This document shows, in pieces, positions 42,712 through 56,842 of a DNA stretch of 64,000 bases. The notes beneath the pieces are model-generated. The model worked only from the letters and a program-made list of their open reading frames with translations. It did not search any database and was not told the origin of the DNA. The stretch comes from Verrucomicrobiota bacterium (GTDB lineage: Bacteria; Verrucomicrobiota; Verrucomicrobiia; Opitutales; Coraliomargaritaceae), in assembly GCA_039815375.1 (NCBI GenBank), contig JBCBZJ010000001.1, positions 1-64,000 of the forward strand, written 5' to 3'. Every line of letters starts with the position of its first letter. Within the stretch, counting starts at the first letter, position 1. Position numbers and translations under genes: made by a program.

Positions 42712-42912
42712 CCGGTTCCGGCCGCGGCCGGAACCGGTCTTGTCGCTTCGCTCGGAACTTAGGCGACCAAGTCACATGGCTGCCTATCAGGCCAGCAGTC
42801 ACGTATGTTTATACGCTCCTTCGGCCTTCAGTAGCCGAGCACCTTGCGCATCCTATTGCATAGATCGGGTTCAAACGATGCTGTCGTTGCTTGTCTTTTG
42901 ACGGCCATGGTT
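42712..42912. ncRNA. candidate structured RNA (6S-like 3' motif) in recJ-pdxJ intergenic region
   Basis: 26-bp perfect palindrome at 42712-42737, several hairpins, CGGGTTCAAA...ACGGC resembling the 3' half of 6S RNA; fold not verified. Confidence 0.35.
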
Positions 42913-42977
42913 TTTGTTTTCACTTTTTGCTGTGCCGTCGTTCGAGCCAGTGAATTTGGTAAGAATTGAATAATGCT

Positions 42978-43736
42978 ATGACTACATCCTCCAGACCGGT
43001 CCTTCTCGGTGTTAACGTCGACCACTGCGCGACGGTGCGTCAGGCGCGTTATCGGAGTCATCCGCTTGATTACGGTCAAGAGGTTGAGCCGGACCCGGTG
43101 GCTTTTGCCCTTGCCTGTGAAGCAGCAGGGGCTGATGGCATCACGATGCATCTGCGTGAGGATCGTCGGCATGTTCAGGATTCCGATGTCCAGCGTGCGC
43201 GGGAGCAAATTTCAACCCGCCTTAACCTCGAGATGGCCTGCACGCCCGAGATGATCGAGTATGCGCTCGTGCTCAAGCCGGACTCGGTTTGCCTCGTTCC
43301 CGAGAGTCGTGAGGAGATTACCACGGAAGGAGGCCTGGACGTTGTTGGGCAGAAAGCACGTGTCGGCGAGGTTGTTTCTGCGATGAATGATGCAGGTATC
43401 ACGACGAGTTTGTTCATTGATCCGGATCCATCCCAAATCGAAGCTGCGGCGGAGTTGGAGAGCCCTTGGATCGAATTACACACCGGAGCCTATGCTAACG
43501 CTTATTATCATGAGGGGCGGGCGGCTGAATTTGAGACGCTGCGTATCGGCGCCGAGCTGGGACATCAACTGGATCTTGTCGTTAACGCCGGCCATGGGAT
43601 CAATTACACCAACATCAGCGAAGTCATGACTTTACCGCATTTGCACGAACTTAATATTGGTCATACGATCATTAGTCGGGCTCTGACCGTCGGTATTACT
43701 CAGGCGGTGAAAGAGATGAAAGCCTTTCTCTTGTAA
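42978..43736 (+). CDS. pdxJ: pyridoxine 5'-phosphate synthase
   Basis: LGVNVDH.AT.RQAR, HLREDRRHVQ, LNLEMA, TTEGGLD, ELHTG, LNIGH. Confidence 0.98.
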   Translation: MTTSSRPVLLGVNVDHCATVRQARYRSHPLDYGQEVEPDPVAFALACEAAGADGITMHLREDRRHVQDSDVQRAREQISTRLNLEMACTPEMIEYALVLKPDSVCLVPESREEITTEGGLDVVGQKARVGEVVSAMNDAGITTSLFIDPDPSQIEAAAELESPWIELHTGAYANAYYHEGRAAEFETLRIGAELGHQLDLVVNAGHGINYTNISEVMTLPHLHELNIGHTIISRALTVGITQAVKEMKAFLL

Positions 43737-43764
43737 ATCCGGCTGTCGTTCATATCCCGGAAAG

Positions 43765-45345
43765 ATGCGCGCATTGGCCCATGCACATCCTGTTTTGAGC
43801 TGTCAGCAGTCTCGCGAGTTGGAGGCTGCGGTTCTGCCGGATGATAGCGCGGCCTGGGAAGCAATGCGGAAGGCGGGCAGAGGCATCGCCATGGCGTTGG
43901 TTCGCGACTATCAGGAGTTGCAGCCGGTCCCGGATCATCTTCGTGTTTTGGCGCTTTTAGGCAAAGGGAACAACGCGGGCGATGCACTCATCGCTTGCGG
44001 CCGGCTTCTCGCCGAATTCCCCCGGGCGCAAGTTGCTCTCATCCTAACGGTTCCTGCGGATAATTTAAAACCTCTTGCTGCGCGAGCACTGCAGGAGCTC
44101 GAAGGGCGGGTCAAACTCCATCGCTTTGAGTCCGGGACTACTGAAGATGCTCAAAAGTTGCTGCAGGCGATCTTTGGGAGTGGTGGTTACCACATTTGTA
44201 TCGACGGCCTTGTCGGTATGGACTTTCAGCCGCCTCTGCGGGAGCCGCTTCCGGCTTTGATCCAGGCGGTCAATGACAGTGATTCGATTGATCTGATGGC
44301 GGCCGTTGATCTGCCTTCGGGGTGTGGGGATCTTTCGGACGAAATCAGGTTTGCCACCGATTTCACCTACGCGACGGGTATTGCAAAGAAACCGCTTTTC
44401 AAGGGTATTGCCGAGTGTGGGCGGGTGAGATACATCGACCTGGAATTTTTCGATACGCCGGCAGGGCAGGCGCTGGATGAAGCAGAACTCATATTGCGGC
44501 CGGAAGTTCTCAAGCCACTCAAGCGCCTGCGTCCGGCTTATGTGGATAAGCGCACGTTCGGGCATCTTTATATTGTTGGCGGTTCCGCCCACATGCCGGG
44601 CGCCTTGCTAATGTCGGTGCAGGCAGCTGTGCGCTCCGGTGTCGGACTGGTAACTGCGTTCGCGCCTCAGTCGGTTGCGGCAGCGCTTTCTGCTCAAGTT
44701 CCTGAAGCGATGTGGATTCCATGGCCGGAGACTTCAAACGGGACGCTGAGCCCGGATGCATTGCCACTTTTGACAGATCGCATCGGCAGTGCCAGTGCGG
44801 TTCTTCTCGGTCCCGGATTTGGACGTGATCAGCATACGGAACTGCTCGCTCAGGAGATCGTGAAGTATGCCGAACTGCCGATGGTTCTCGATGCAGATGC
44901 CCTGCAACCCCGAGTGGTCGAGATTGCACAGGAGAGAGAGTCGGGATGGGGCGAAGTTGTGATCACACCGCATATGGGAGAGTTCATGCGTGTCGCGAAG
45001 ATTCATGAGCCTGACTACCGCCCGGAGACGCTGCAGGAGTTTTCCAGAATCTACCGTGTCACGACTCTCCTAAAAGGAGCGAATACAAGAATCTGCAATG
45101 GAGAGGCGATCCTTTACAACACGACAGGAGGTCCGGTCCTTTCCCGCGGTGGAAGCGGTGACCTTCTGGCGGGAATCATTGGCAGCATGATTGCGCAGAA
45201 TAGCAGCTCTGTGTTTATGGCAGTCGCACGTGGCGTGATGTTACATGGTCTGGCTGCTGAGAGACTGGCTCGTTCCAAGGGCCAGGTTATGGTGCGGACA
45301 ACTCAGTTGTTGGATTACTTTCCACAGGTTTTACGCTCTCTTTGA
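43765..45345 (+). CDS. nnr: bifunctional NAD(P)H-hydrate epimerase/dehydratase
   Basis: GKGNNAGD, AVDLPSG, GGSAHMPGA, VLDADAL, ITPHMGE, GGSGDLLAG. Confidence 0.95.
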   Translation: MRALAHAHPVLSCQQSRELEAAVLPDDSAAWEAMRKAGRGIAMALVRDYQELQPVPDHLRVLALLGKGNNAGDALIACGRLLAEFPRAQVALILTVPADNLKPLAARALQELEGRVKLHRFESGTTEDAQKLLQAIFGSGGYHICIDGLVGMDFQPPLREPLPALIQAVNDSDSIDLMAAVDLPSGCGDLSDEIRFATDFTYATGIAKKPLFKGIAECGRVRYIDLEFFDTPAGQALDEAELILRPEVLKPLKRLRPAYVDKRTFGHLYIVGGSAHMPGALLMSVQAAVRSGVGLVTAFAPQSVAAALSAQVPEAMWIPWPETSNGTLSPDALPLLTDRIGSASAVLLGPGFGRDQHTELLAQEIVKYAELPMVLDADALQPRVVEIAQERESGWGEVVITPHMGEFMRVAKIHEPDYRPETLQEFSRIYRVTTLLKGANTRICNGEAILYNTTGGPVLSRGGSGDLLAGIIGSMIAQNSSSVFMAVARGVMLHGLAAERLARSKGQVMVRTTQLLDYFPQVLRSL

Positions 45346-45404
45346 GTGAATATTGCCTGTAAATAAAAGATTGAGCTAACGGCGTCATGTAAGAGCCTAG
45401 AACT

Positions 45405-46523
45405 GTGTCAGTTTTAATAAATGAGAGTGAGGCTTTGTTGGTGTTAAACGCCTTGCCTCAGATTGGTCCAGTTATGCTGAGGCATCTGATGGATGAATTC
45501 GGTGGTGATGCGATTGCGGTCCTTTCAGCGACCAGAGACAGGCTTTTGAGAGTCAAGGGTGTTGGTGATGTTGCTGCGGACGTTCTCCGTAATTGGGAGA
45601 AGCACTTCGATTTGGCACGAGAGCTGAAGCGTGTGGAGGAATCCGGTATTCGTTTTATCTCTCAGGCTGACGATGCCTATCCATCGCTGCTGCATGAAAT
45701 TTACGACTCGCCGATCGGTTTGTATTGGAAAGGTGAATACATTGTGGATCGCCCCTGTTTGTCGATTGTCGGCACTCGTCGTTCGACTCTCTATGGACGT
45801 GCGACGGCCAAGAAATTTGCAGCTGAATTGGCGAGAATGGGGTTCTGCATTGTTAGTGGAATGGCCCGTGGGACGGATACGGCAGCGCATGAAGGAGCCT
45901 TGGAAGCTGGCGGTAAAACGATTGCGGTTTTCGGCTGCGGTATGGACATCATCTATCCACCCGAGAATTTGGATTTGTATCATCAAATCTCTCAGGAAGG
46001 TGCCGTAGTTAGTGAGTTTCCTTTCGGACGGCGGGCCAGTCGTCAGACCTTCCCGATGCGAAATAGGGTCGTTGCGGGAATGTGTGAGGCCATTATTGTT
46101 ATCGAAAGTGATGTCGCGGGCGGAAGTATGATCACGGCACGCTTTGCCGGCGAGCAGGGCAGGAATGTGATGGCGGTTCCGGGGCGCATCGATCAGTCGA
46201 GCAGTGCCGGTTGCCATCAACTGATTCGCGATGGAGCGACCATGATTACTTCAGTCGACGATATACTTGATGAGCTGAGGTATAAACGTCCGTTTGAGAT
46301 GGAGCTGCCTCTAGAGGTTGATGCTCCTCAAGCGCCCCACACATTGAGTGAGGCTGAGCAAAAAGTGATGCAACTCTTCGCTGGTGGAGAACGACATGCC
46401 CCTGATGCACTTTGTAATACGCTTGGTCTTGGTTCAGCTGAAGTTTCGGCTCTCCTGATGGGACTGGAGCTCAAGCGCCGCGTGGTGAAACGTGTGGATG
46501 GATGTTTCGAGTCCGTTAGCTGA
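45405..46523 (+). CDS. dprA: DNA-processing protein DprA
   Basis: [41 protein letters not shown]-terminal winged helix. Confidence 0.97.
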   Translation: MSVLINESEALLVLNALPQIGPVMLRHLMDEFGGDAIAVLSATRDRLLRVKGVGDVAADVLRNWEKHFDLARELKRVEESGIRFISQADDAYPSLLHEIYDSPIGLYWKGEYIVDRPCLSIVGTRRSTLYGRATAKKFAAELARMGFCIVSGMARGTDTAAHEGALEAGGKTIAVFGCGMDIIYPPENLDLYHQISQEGAVVSEFPFGRRASRQTFPMRNRVVAGMCEAIIVIESDVAGGSMITARFAGEQGRNVMAVPGRIDQSSSAGCHQLIRDGATMITSVDDILDELRYKRPFEMELPLEVDAPQAPHTLSEAEQKVMQLFAGGERHAPDALCNTLGLGSAEVSALLMGLELKRRVVKRVDGCFESVS

Positions 46524-46564
46524 TCCGACTTGCCCAAATAGTTCAGTTTAGACATGATCATAAA

Positions 46565-47077
46565 ATGGACTCTGTATTAGTGCTTACGATCAGTGGTCAA
46601 GACCGGGCGGGTCTCGTCGAGCAATTGGCGGAAGTCATTGCGGCACACAATGGTAACTGGGAGCATTGCCGGATGGCACATCTTGCCGGACGCTTTGTTG
46701 GCCTTTTGGAGGTCACTGTTCACGGGGATCATCAGCAGGACCTCGAAGTAGCGCTTCGGACGATTGAGAATCTCGATGTGATGATCGCTGCCGGAGCAAC
46801 CAAATCCGCCTTGCAGCCGCTTCGCCAATTTAATCTCGAAGTGGTTGGCAGCGACCAGCCGGGTATCGTCCGCGATGTTTTTAAGGCTCTCGCCGCGTCT
46901 GGCGTAAACGTCGAGGAACTCAGCACTCGGGCTTTCAGTGCACCATCGTCTGGCGGACAGTTGTTCGAAGCAAAGGCACGACTCGCCTGCACTGCAGAAG
47001 TAGACCGGGAGGCGATTCGGCAGAGCCTTGAGCAGATCGCTCAGGACATTATGGTCGATATCAAGCTGCTGGACTAG
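46565..47077 (+). CDS. tandem ACT-domain protein (GcvR-like)
   Basis: GQDRAGLV and [11 protein letters not shown] motifs. Confidence 0.88.
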   Translation: MDSVLVLTISGQDRAGLVEQLAEVIAAHNGNWEHCRMAHLAGRFVGLLEVTVHGDHQQDLEVALRTIENLDVMIAAGATKSALQPLRQFNLEVVGSDQPGIVRDVFKALAASGVNVEELSTRAFSAPSSGGQLFEAKARLACTAEVDREAIRQSLEQIAQDIMVDIKLLD

Positions 47078-47149
47078 TTTGCTGAAGCCAGTATCCACCG
47101 TTGCCTGCCGGGCTTATGACTGGCGGATCTTAGCTGCCCGAACGCCGGC

Positions 47150-50851
<3,702 letters not shown>

Positions 50852-50914
50852 CAGTCATTCCAGACTGAGGGTGCCGAAACGGGATGCAAGGAGAAGCGTT
50901 TCGTAGCTGGAAAA

Positions 50915-51628
50915 TCAACGCCGCTCGATCCATTCGGAGCTGCTGAATTTCTCTTTCTCGCGCTGGATGGCTTCGTTACTAAAAAAAAGACGGAGATCTT
51001 CGGGCTGTTCCAGGGTCAGTTTGAGCGAGATCAAGATTGCTTCGATAAAATCATTTCGGAAAGATTGGAAATCCAATGTTTCGGGTAGCGCTGCGCGGTC
51101 GATGGAGCCTTGTATGAGAAGGCCTTTGCGCGTGCGTTTCATGGCAGCACCGGCGATTTTTCGTCCATCAGCAGTAAGCACGTCGTTTATGACGGGTTGG
51201 ATGAAACACTGGTCTGGGCCATCTGTCTCGGCGGGTGCTTCTTCGCATTTGCGGGGACAGGGTGCGAGTCGGGTTTCGACACTTTGCTGCAGGAGAGTCG
51301 AGGCAATAGAGCGGTGGACGTTTTCGTATATACTGGTGGAGCTGCCTTGCGCTGCGTCTAATTCGGACTGGAGGATCAAGCTGTAGGTCCAGTCGTCGCG
51401 GTGGTCGACGATGCCGCCGCCTGTGGCGCGTCGACAGAGGGTAGTGCCTTTGGGGCCGGCATTCATTACTTCCTCATATTGCTGGCTGTATCCGAAAGTG
51501 ATGGAAGGTTCCGTCCATCCGTAGTGGCGAAAGAGTGCGGCGCCGGACGGAATGGTATCCAGCAGAGCTGCATCAATCGCCATGTTGGTGAATGCGTCAC
51601 CAAATGTATTTGGCAAAACGACGAGCAT
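50915..51628 (-). CDS. lipoate-protein ligase/octanoyltransferase family protein
   Basis: NMAIDAALL, RRATGGGIVDH, GRKIAGAA. Confidence 0.9.
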   Translation of the reverse strand: MLVVLPNTFGDAFTNMAIDAALLDTIPSGAALFRHYGWTEPSITFGYSQQYEEVMNAGPKGTTLCRRATGGGIVDHRDDWTYSLILQSELDAAQGSSTSIYENVHRSIASTLLQQSVETRLAPCPRKCEEAPAETDGPDQCFIQPVINDVLTADGRKIAGAAMKRTRKGLLIQGSIDRAALPETLDFQSFRNDFIEAILISLKLTLEQPEDLRLFFSNEAIQREKEKFSSSEWIERR

Positions 51629-52533
51629 TAGGCCTGAAGGGGTTCGACGTAGGTGAGTTCGTCGAGTTGGGCTTCGAAATCGATTGGCTGCACCTTCAGT
51701 TTTCCTGCGATCGGATGGAGATTGAATGTCAGGTTCGACGGGCGTGTGGCATGCTCAGGTTCGTCTTTGATCAAGGCGGATTCAATGCTGTCGAGTGGTA
51801 GACCGAAGTGCTTGAGGATGCGCTGGCCCATTTCGAAGCGACTTAGGGTTTCGCTGCCAGCCCAGTGGAAGAGGCCGTGAAGGTCGCGGCGTTCGGTGAG
51901 CTCAAGCATGACTTCTGCCACGTTACCCGCAGATGCAGGCTGACGAATCTCATCGCAGAAGAGCCGTGGACGTTGGCCGGACTTGATGGTTGCGAGGAGT
52001 TTTTCGTGCACGCTGCGCTGGCCACTGGGGCTGTTGCCCATAAGAATAGGGATCCGGAGGACGACTGGATCTTCGGGGTTGTGCTCAAGGACTTCTCGCT
52101 CAGACATCAATTTTGTTTGCCCGTAGAGATTGGTGGGCGCAGGCATGTCGGTAGAACGGTAAGGCTCTTCAGATTGTCCATCGAAGACCATATCGGTTGA
52201 GATATGAATGAGTCGGGCGCCTAGGTGAGTGGAAAGTTGTGCGAGATGGCGGGGGAGAGCGACGTTGATTTTTTCAGCGAGTTTTGGCTCGGCATCGACG
52301 GATACTGGATTGGAAATTGCAGCACAGTTGACGATGGCATCTGGCCAAAGTTCAAGTATGAGGCTAGTAAGTTCGGTGGTATCTGACAGGTCCTGTTGCA
52401 AAGTGCGGACCAGGCCGGCTGCGGTTGGAGAATTTTGGTTTGCGAGCGCGATGATTTCATGGCCGCGGCGTATCGCGGCTTCGGCGTAGGCATTTCCAAG
52501 GAGTCCAGAGGCTCCGGTCAGCAGAATCTTCAT
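51628..52533 (-). CDS. RmlD-like extended SDR oxidoreductase
   Basis: LTGASGLLG, HISTDMVFDG, YGQTK. Confidence 0.9.
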   Translation of the reverse strand: MKILLTGASGLLGNAYAEAAIRRGHEIIALANQNSPTAAGLVRTLQQDLSDTTELTSLILELWPDAIVNCAAISNPVSVDAEPKLAEKINVALPRHLAQLSTHLGARLIHISTDMVFDGQSEEPYRSTDMPAPTNLYGQTKLMSEREVLEHNPEDPVVLRIPILMGNSPSGQRSVHEKLLATIKSGQRPRLFCDEIRQPASAGNVAEVMLELTERRDLHGLFHWAGSETLSRFEMGQRILKHFGLPLDSIESALIKDEPEHATRPSNLTFNLHPIAGKLKVQPIDFEAQLDELTYVEPLQA

Positions 52534-52595
52534 CGTTAAACAGTGGAGTTTTTGTTGCAATCGCATATCCGCAACGCAAGTTCAAAGCCATCTAA

Positions 52596-53693
52596 ATGAA
52601 CTACGCTCAACTTGCGAATCCCGGTGTGCTGAAGCAACCGGTTTATGAGCCCGGAAAGCCAATTGAGTCTGTGGCTCGGGAATATGGACTGGAAATGTCT
52701 GAAATTGCGAAGCTCGCATCGAATGAGAATCCATTTGGTCCTTCGCCGAAAGCGGTCAAGGCCGGTAAATTGGCCATGGAGCAGGCGCATCTTTATCCAG
52801 ATGGCGGTTGCCATGACCTTCGAAAAGCCCTCGCTAATTCCCGCCAGATTTCTGAGAAATCGATCATTATTGGCAATGGCTCGAACGAGATCATCGAGCT
52901 GCTCGGGCACGCTTTTCTCCGGCCGGGCACCGAGGTAGTCATGGGCTCACAGGCCTTTATCGTCTATAAATTGGTGGCGAAACTTTTTGGAGCTACGCCG
53001 GTTGAAGTGGCGATGAAGGATTTTGCGCACGATTTGAAGGCGATGCGTGAAGCGGTGACCGAAAAGACGCGCCTGCTTTTTGTGGCGAGTCCGAATAATC
53101 CGACCGGGGCTGCCAATGAGGAGGCCGAACTTCTCGAGCTTGTCGAAAGTTTACCGGATCATGTGATTTTTTGCTTCGATGAAGCTTATGCGGAGTATTT
53201 GGAAAATGCTCCTGATTTACGAGCGACGATAACAGCAAATCGAAAAGTCATCTGCATGCGGACTTTTTCGAAAATTTACGGGCTCGGTGGTCTGCGTATG
53301 GGTTATGGTTATGGGGACCCGGAGTTGATTGCTCTGCTGCAGCGGGTCCGCCAGCCTTTCAATGCAAATGCGGTTGCGCAGGCGGCTGCGACTGCAGCTC
53401 TTGAGGATGTCGATTTTGTCCAAAAGTGTTGTCTTGAAAATGAGCTGGGTCGGGCGCGGCTTTGCCGAGGTTTGGAAGAATTGGGTGTTGAGACGTTTGG
53501 TGGTGCGGCGAATTTCGTCCTCGCTAAAGTTGGTGATGGTCCGAAGGTTTTTGAACAGTTGCAGGAGCGTGGCATCATTGTTCGCCCGCTCGGACCTTAC
53601 GGTATGCCCGAGTATGTGCGGATTTCCGTCGGGCGCCCGGAGGAAAATGAACGGATACTGGCAACAATGGCCGAGTTGCTTGCCATAGCATGA
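52596..53693 (+). CDS. hisC: histidinol-phosphate aminotransferase
   Basis: YEPGKP, KLASNENP, PNNPTG, DEAYAE, RTFSKIYGL. Confidence 0.96.
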   Translation: MNYAQLANPGVLKQPVYEPGKPIESVAREYGLEMSEIAKLASNENPFGPSPKAVKAGKLAMEQAHLYPDGGCHDLRKALANSRQISEKSIIIGNGSNEIIELLGHAFLRPGTEVVMGSQAFIVYKLVAKLFGATPVEVAMKDFAHDLKAMREAVTEKTRLLFVASPNNPTGAANEEAELLELVESLPDHVIFCFDEAYAEYLENAPDLRATITANRKVICMRTFSKIYGLGGLRMGYGYGDPELIALLQRVRQPFNANAVAQAAATAALEDVDFVQKCCLENELGRARLCRGLEELGVETFGGAANFVLAKVGDGPKVFEQLQERGIIVRPLGPYGMPEYVRISVGRPEENERILATMAELLAIA

Positions 53694-54973
53694 GCGTAGA
53701 TTGGTCTATCTTCCTGATCTCGTCTCTTGCTGTGGGCACTATGTTTGTGCTGCACGGGTTTATCGTAATGGCTGAGATCAGTCTGATCAAAGTCCGCTAC
53801 GGCGAGGTGGATGACGGGGTTCTTGAATCTTTGAAGGCGCACCAAGGCATCGCGCATTTGATTGAATACAGCGACCTGACCGGACGAGTGGTGCGTTTTA
53901 GTAAAACGCTTTGCACTGTTGCTGTAGGCCTTTTGTTGATACCGTGGATAAGTGATCTGTTTACGCTGCTCAATGTTGAGTCTCTGCCGAATCGCTGGGT
54001 GGTGATCTTCATTGCCTTCGCCTTTGCGGTCTCGGTTCATTTTGTTTTTGCGGAGATTTTCCCGCGCGGCCTTGCCATGCGCGATCCGGTTTCGGGTTTA
54101 CAGCGCTCTTATTGGGTGTTGTTGGTTTTTCAGACGGCGACCTACCCTCTGATGCTCTTTTTTCGAGTGTTGAAGCGGGGTTTGTTTCGTGTGATCGGCG
54201 TCGATCTTGAGGATGAGTTTAACCCTCTTGATCTCGATGTTCAGATTCGGGCTATGGGTGAGGATGGTCAGACCCTATCGGATTTGACCCGCAAGATTAT
54301 GGACCGGACTATGCAGATGAAGGAATTGGTGGTCCACGATGTCCTTTTGCCGCGCAGTCAGGTCGTCATCTGTGATCTAGAGGAAGACATTAAATCAAAT
54401 CTGGAACGCATGAAGGCTGCAGGGCATACGCGTTTTCCGTTATGCAACAGCGATTTAGACGACTGTGTTGGCCTGATTCATATCAAGGATATCTTCCGTT
54501 GGAGGGAGCCGGTTTCACAGATCGATTTGATGAAGCTAAAGCGGAATGTGGCCGTTTTCTCTCTTGAGACGCCTCTCGAGGAGGCCCTCGAGCGCATGCT
54601 CAGAGCCAAATTTCATATGGCCTTGGCTGTAGATGAGTTCGGTGGGGTAGTCGGCGTGGTCACTCTCGAGAGCATTCTGGAAGAATTGGTCGGTGAGATA
54701 CAGGACGAGTTTGATAGCGAGGAGGCCCAGATTGTCGCTTTACCTAAAGGTGGCAGCTTTCGAATATCAGGATTTGCCCCGATACATGATGTAGAAGATG
54801 CGCTCGATCTGGAAATCGAAAACGAGGAAGTCTCAACCTTCGGCGGCCTGATTACAAGAGAGCTTGGAAGGATTCCCGTTAAAGGCGAATCCTTTAAAGC
54901 TTATGGAATGGCAGTGACGCTTGAGCAGGTTGATGAAAGGCGCGTTATTTCCGCCAGAGTAGAGATCTTATAG
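53690..54973 (+). CDS. hemolysin-family CNNM-CBS-CorC protein
   Basis: N-terminal TM (AEISL, AEIFPR), CBS pair (HTRFP, VDEFGG), EELVGEIQDEFD. Confidence 0.93.
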   Translation: MSVDWSIFLISSLAVGTMFVLHGFIVMAEISLIKVRYGEVDDGVLESLKAHQGIAHLIEYSDLTGRVVRFSKTLCTVAVGLLLIPWISDLFTLLNVESLPNRWVVIFIAFAFAVSVHFVFAEIFPRGLAMRDPVSGLQRSYWVLLVFQTATYPLMLFFRVLKRGLFRVIGVDLEDEFNPLDLDVQIRAMGEDGQTLSDLTRKIMDRTMQMKELVVHDVLLPRSQVVICDLEEDIKSNLERMKAAGHTRFPLCNSDLDDCVGLIHIKDIFRWREPVSQIDLMKLKRNVAVFSLETPLEEALERMLRAKFHMALAVDEFGGVVGVVTLESILEELVGEIQDEFDSEEAQIVALPKGGSFRISGFAPIHDVEDALDLEIENEEVSTFGGLITRELGRIPVKGESFKAYGMAVTLEQVDERRVISARVEIL

Positions 54974-56641
54974 TTAGCTGTCCTGGCTGATTAGATCTCG
55001 GTTACTTTCACGAAGGATTGCACTCAATTCAAGCAATAGGTTTTCACGATCTGGGGTGAAAATAAAACGATCGCTTCCAATTTTGCGATAGGCTTCCAGT
55101 AGAAGCTCAACCTGAGGGCGGCGCATTTGAAGTAAGCGCGTGAGCAGGCGGTTTAAGTTTTCTGTATTTCCGAGTTGAAGTTCTGCACGAATCAGTTCGG
55201 AAAGAATCTGTTGATTGGTAGGGGCTTGTGTATATGCTATGCTAAGTATTTTCTGAGCTTGTTGATACCTCTCGATGTTTGTAAATCTACGTGCGACCGC
55301 CAGATAAGTTTGCGGCTGATTGCTTTTGTCATCGATAAAGTTCTGAAGGTAAATTTCACCGATATCCGGCCGATTTATGCCGTAGGAAGCTACTGCCCGT
55401 AAGCTATGGAAAATAGCCCAACGTTGCGTCAACCATTGCGGTTTTTCTTTCAGCAGCTCCTCGGCAAATTCTAATGCGCCCGTGTAGTCGCTGTTGACCA
55501 AGTGCGCCTCAATTAGAAGTAGGGCGAAGACGTCGATCGCAAATTCATTCTCAAGCGCCTCCTCGTAGGTGCGCCGAGCGAGTTCGATATTACCGGTGTC
55601 AGCGGCAAAATTCGCTAGCGCTTGCAGGGCCGGTTCGTCTTCGCGGAATTGCTTTAGCATCCGTCTTGTTTCGCGCGTTTCCCTCTCGGTGTCTCCGGTC
55701 TTATTGTAAATGTAGAGGAGTTCAAGCCGTGGGCCTGCGCTCAATGGGTCACTGACATTGCGTAGAATTGCGTAGCGTCTGGCTTCGTCTAGCTCGCCGA
55801 TTTCCCGATGGAATCGACTTAACTGGATGAGTAGCTGTTCGGAATTCGGAAATTTCCTCAAGGAAGCTTCCATTTTCGTGATTGCGGCTATTTTCTCGCC
55901 TCGATCCCAGCTGATTTGTGAGGACAGTAGTAGGCCTTCCTGCGAATCGATCAGGCCGTAGCCCATGATATAGTCATCGGCACGATCATAATTGCCCCTA
56001 AGGTGGTTCGCATTGGCAGCACCGAAGGCCAATGTTCTGTTTCGGGTGTTGATCTCCGGCTCAGAGGGCAGGTATTCGTCTGCCAGAGCCTGAATCTCTT
56101 CATCCTTTTGGTATCGCAGTAAGATCCGAAGAGTATGTTTCAAATAGTCGATGTCATCAATACCACCGTGCTTCAGACCCCTCAGCATCTGATCTATTGC
56201 GATGTCGTGCCGCTTTAGAGCGACCTCATAGAACTCCGCTAGAGCACGGCGCCCCTTGAGGTTTCCCGGTGAGCGGACTACCCCGAGGCGCAACAATCGA
56301 AGTGCGTCACGATACTCGCCGACTTCAACTTTTTCGAGTCCCTTTGCAACGTGATAGTCTCCCATCTCTACACGGTGAGCATCCAGCCCAAATGGAAGTA
56401 GGGTTAACATTTTTATGTAGGAGACTTCCTCGAATTCCTTGTTGTATTTGAAGTGCAGAAATAAAGCAGCCGCAATTCCGAACCAGGCAATAACGCAGCT
56501 TAGGGCAAACGTAACAAAGAGCCTGGTCCAGCGAATGCTGATTTGTAATCGCCCGTCTAAACCTTTTCGCTGCACGGCAAACCCCAGTAGTATGGGCTTT
56601 TCACGGGGAATGGTGCTTTTGGTTTCTGATTTTCTTTTCAT
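54974..56641 (-). CDS. membrane-anchored TPR-like hypothetical protein
   Basis: 555-aa ORF with N-terminal TM and helical repeats, divergent from polysaccharide export genes. Confidence 0.8.
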   Translation of the reverse strand: MKRKSETKSTIPREKPILLGFAVQRKGLDGRLQISIRWTRLFVTFALSCVIAWFGIAAALFLHFKYNKEFEEVSYIKMLTLLPFGLDAHRVEMGDYHVAKGLEKVEVGEYRDALRLLRLGVVRSPGNLKGRRALAEFYEVALKRHDIAIDQMLRGLKHGGIDDIDYLKHTLRILLRYQKDEEIQALADEYLPSEPEINTRNRTLAFGAANANHLRGNYDRADDYIMGYGLIDSQEGLLLSSQISWDRGEKIAAITKMEASLRKFPNSEQLLIQLSRFHREIGELDEARRYAILRNVSDPLSAGPRLELLYIYNKTGDTERETRETRRMLKQFREDEPALQALANFAADTGNIELARRTYEEALENEFAIDVFALLLIEAHLVNSDYTGALEFAEELLKEKPQWLTQRWAIFHSLRAVASYGINRPDIGEIYLQNFIDDKSNQPQTYLAVARRFTNIERYQQAQKILSIAYTQAPTNQQILSELIRAELQLGNTENLNRLLTRLLQMRRPQVELLLEAYRKIGSDRFIFTPDRENLLLELSAILRESNRDLISQDS

Positions 56642-56842
56642 AGATGCCGCATTTTCATTGGCCTAATTTTCAGGCTGAATTCGTGATGTTATGTGAACAA
56701 ACTGATCAATAGTCCAAGCATAAATCAGGTAGATTTCGTATTGCAGTCCACCATTTGACCGCTAACTTTAGAAAATAAATAGTATTGAATAACTCTTTCT
56801 CTCCCTCATAAATCATAGCTCACTCTATAATCTGATTGTTCC

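Noticed and set aside
42780..42800. SRP RNA (TCAGG...AGCAG)
   Set aside because: The GNRA-capped helix between the two motifs is missing
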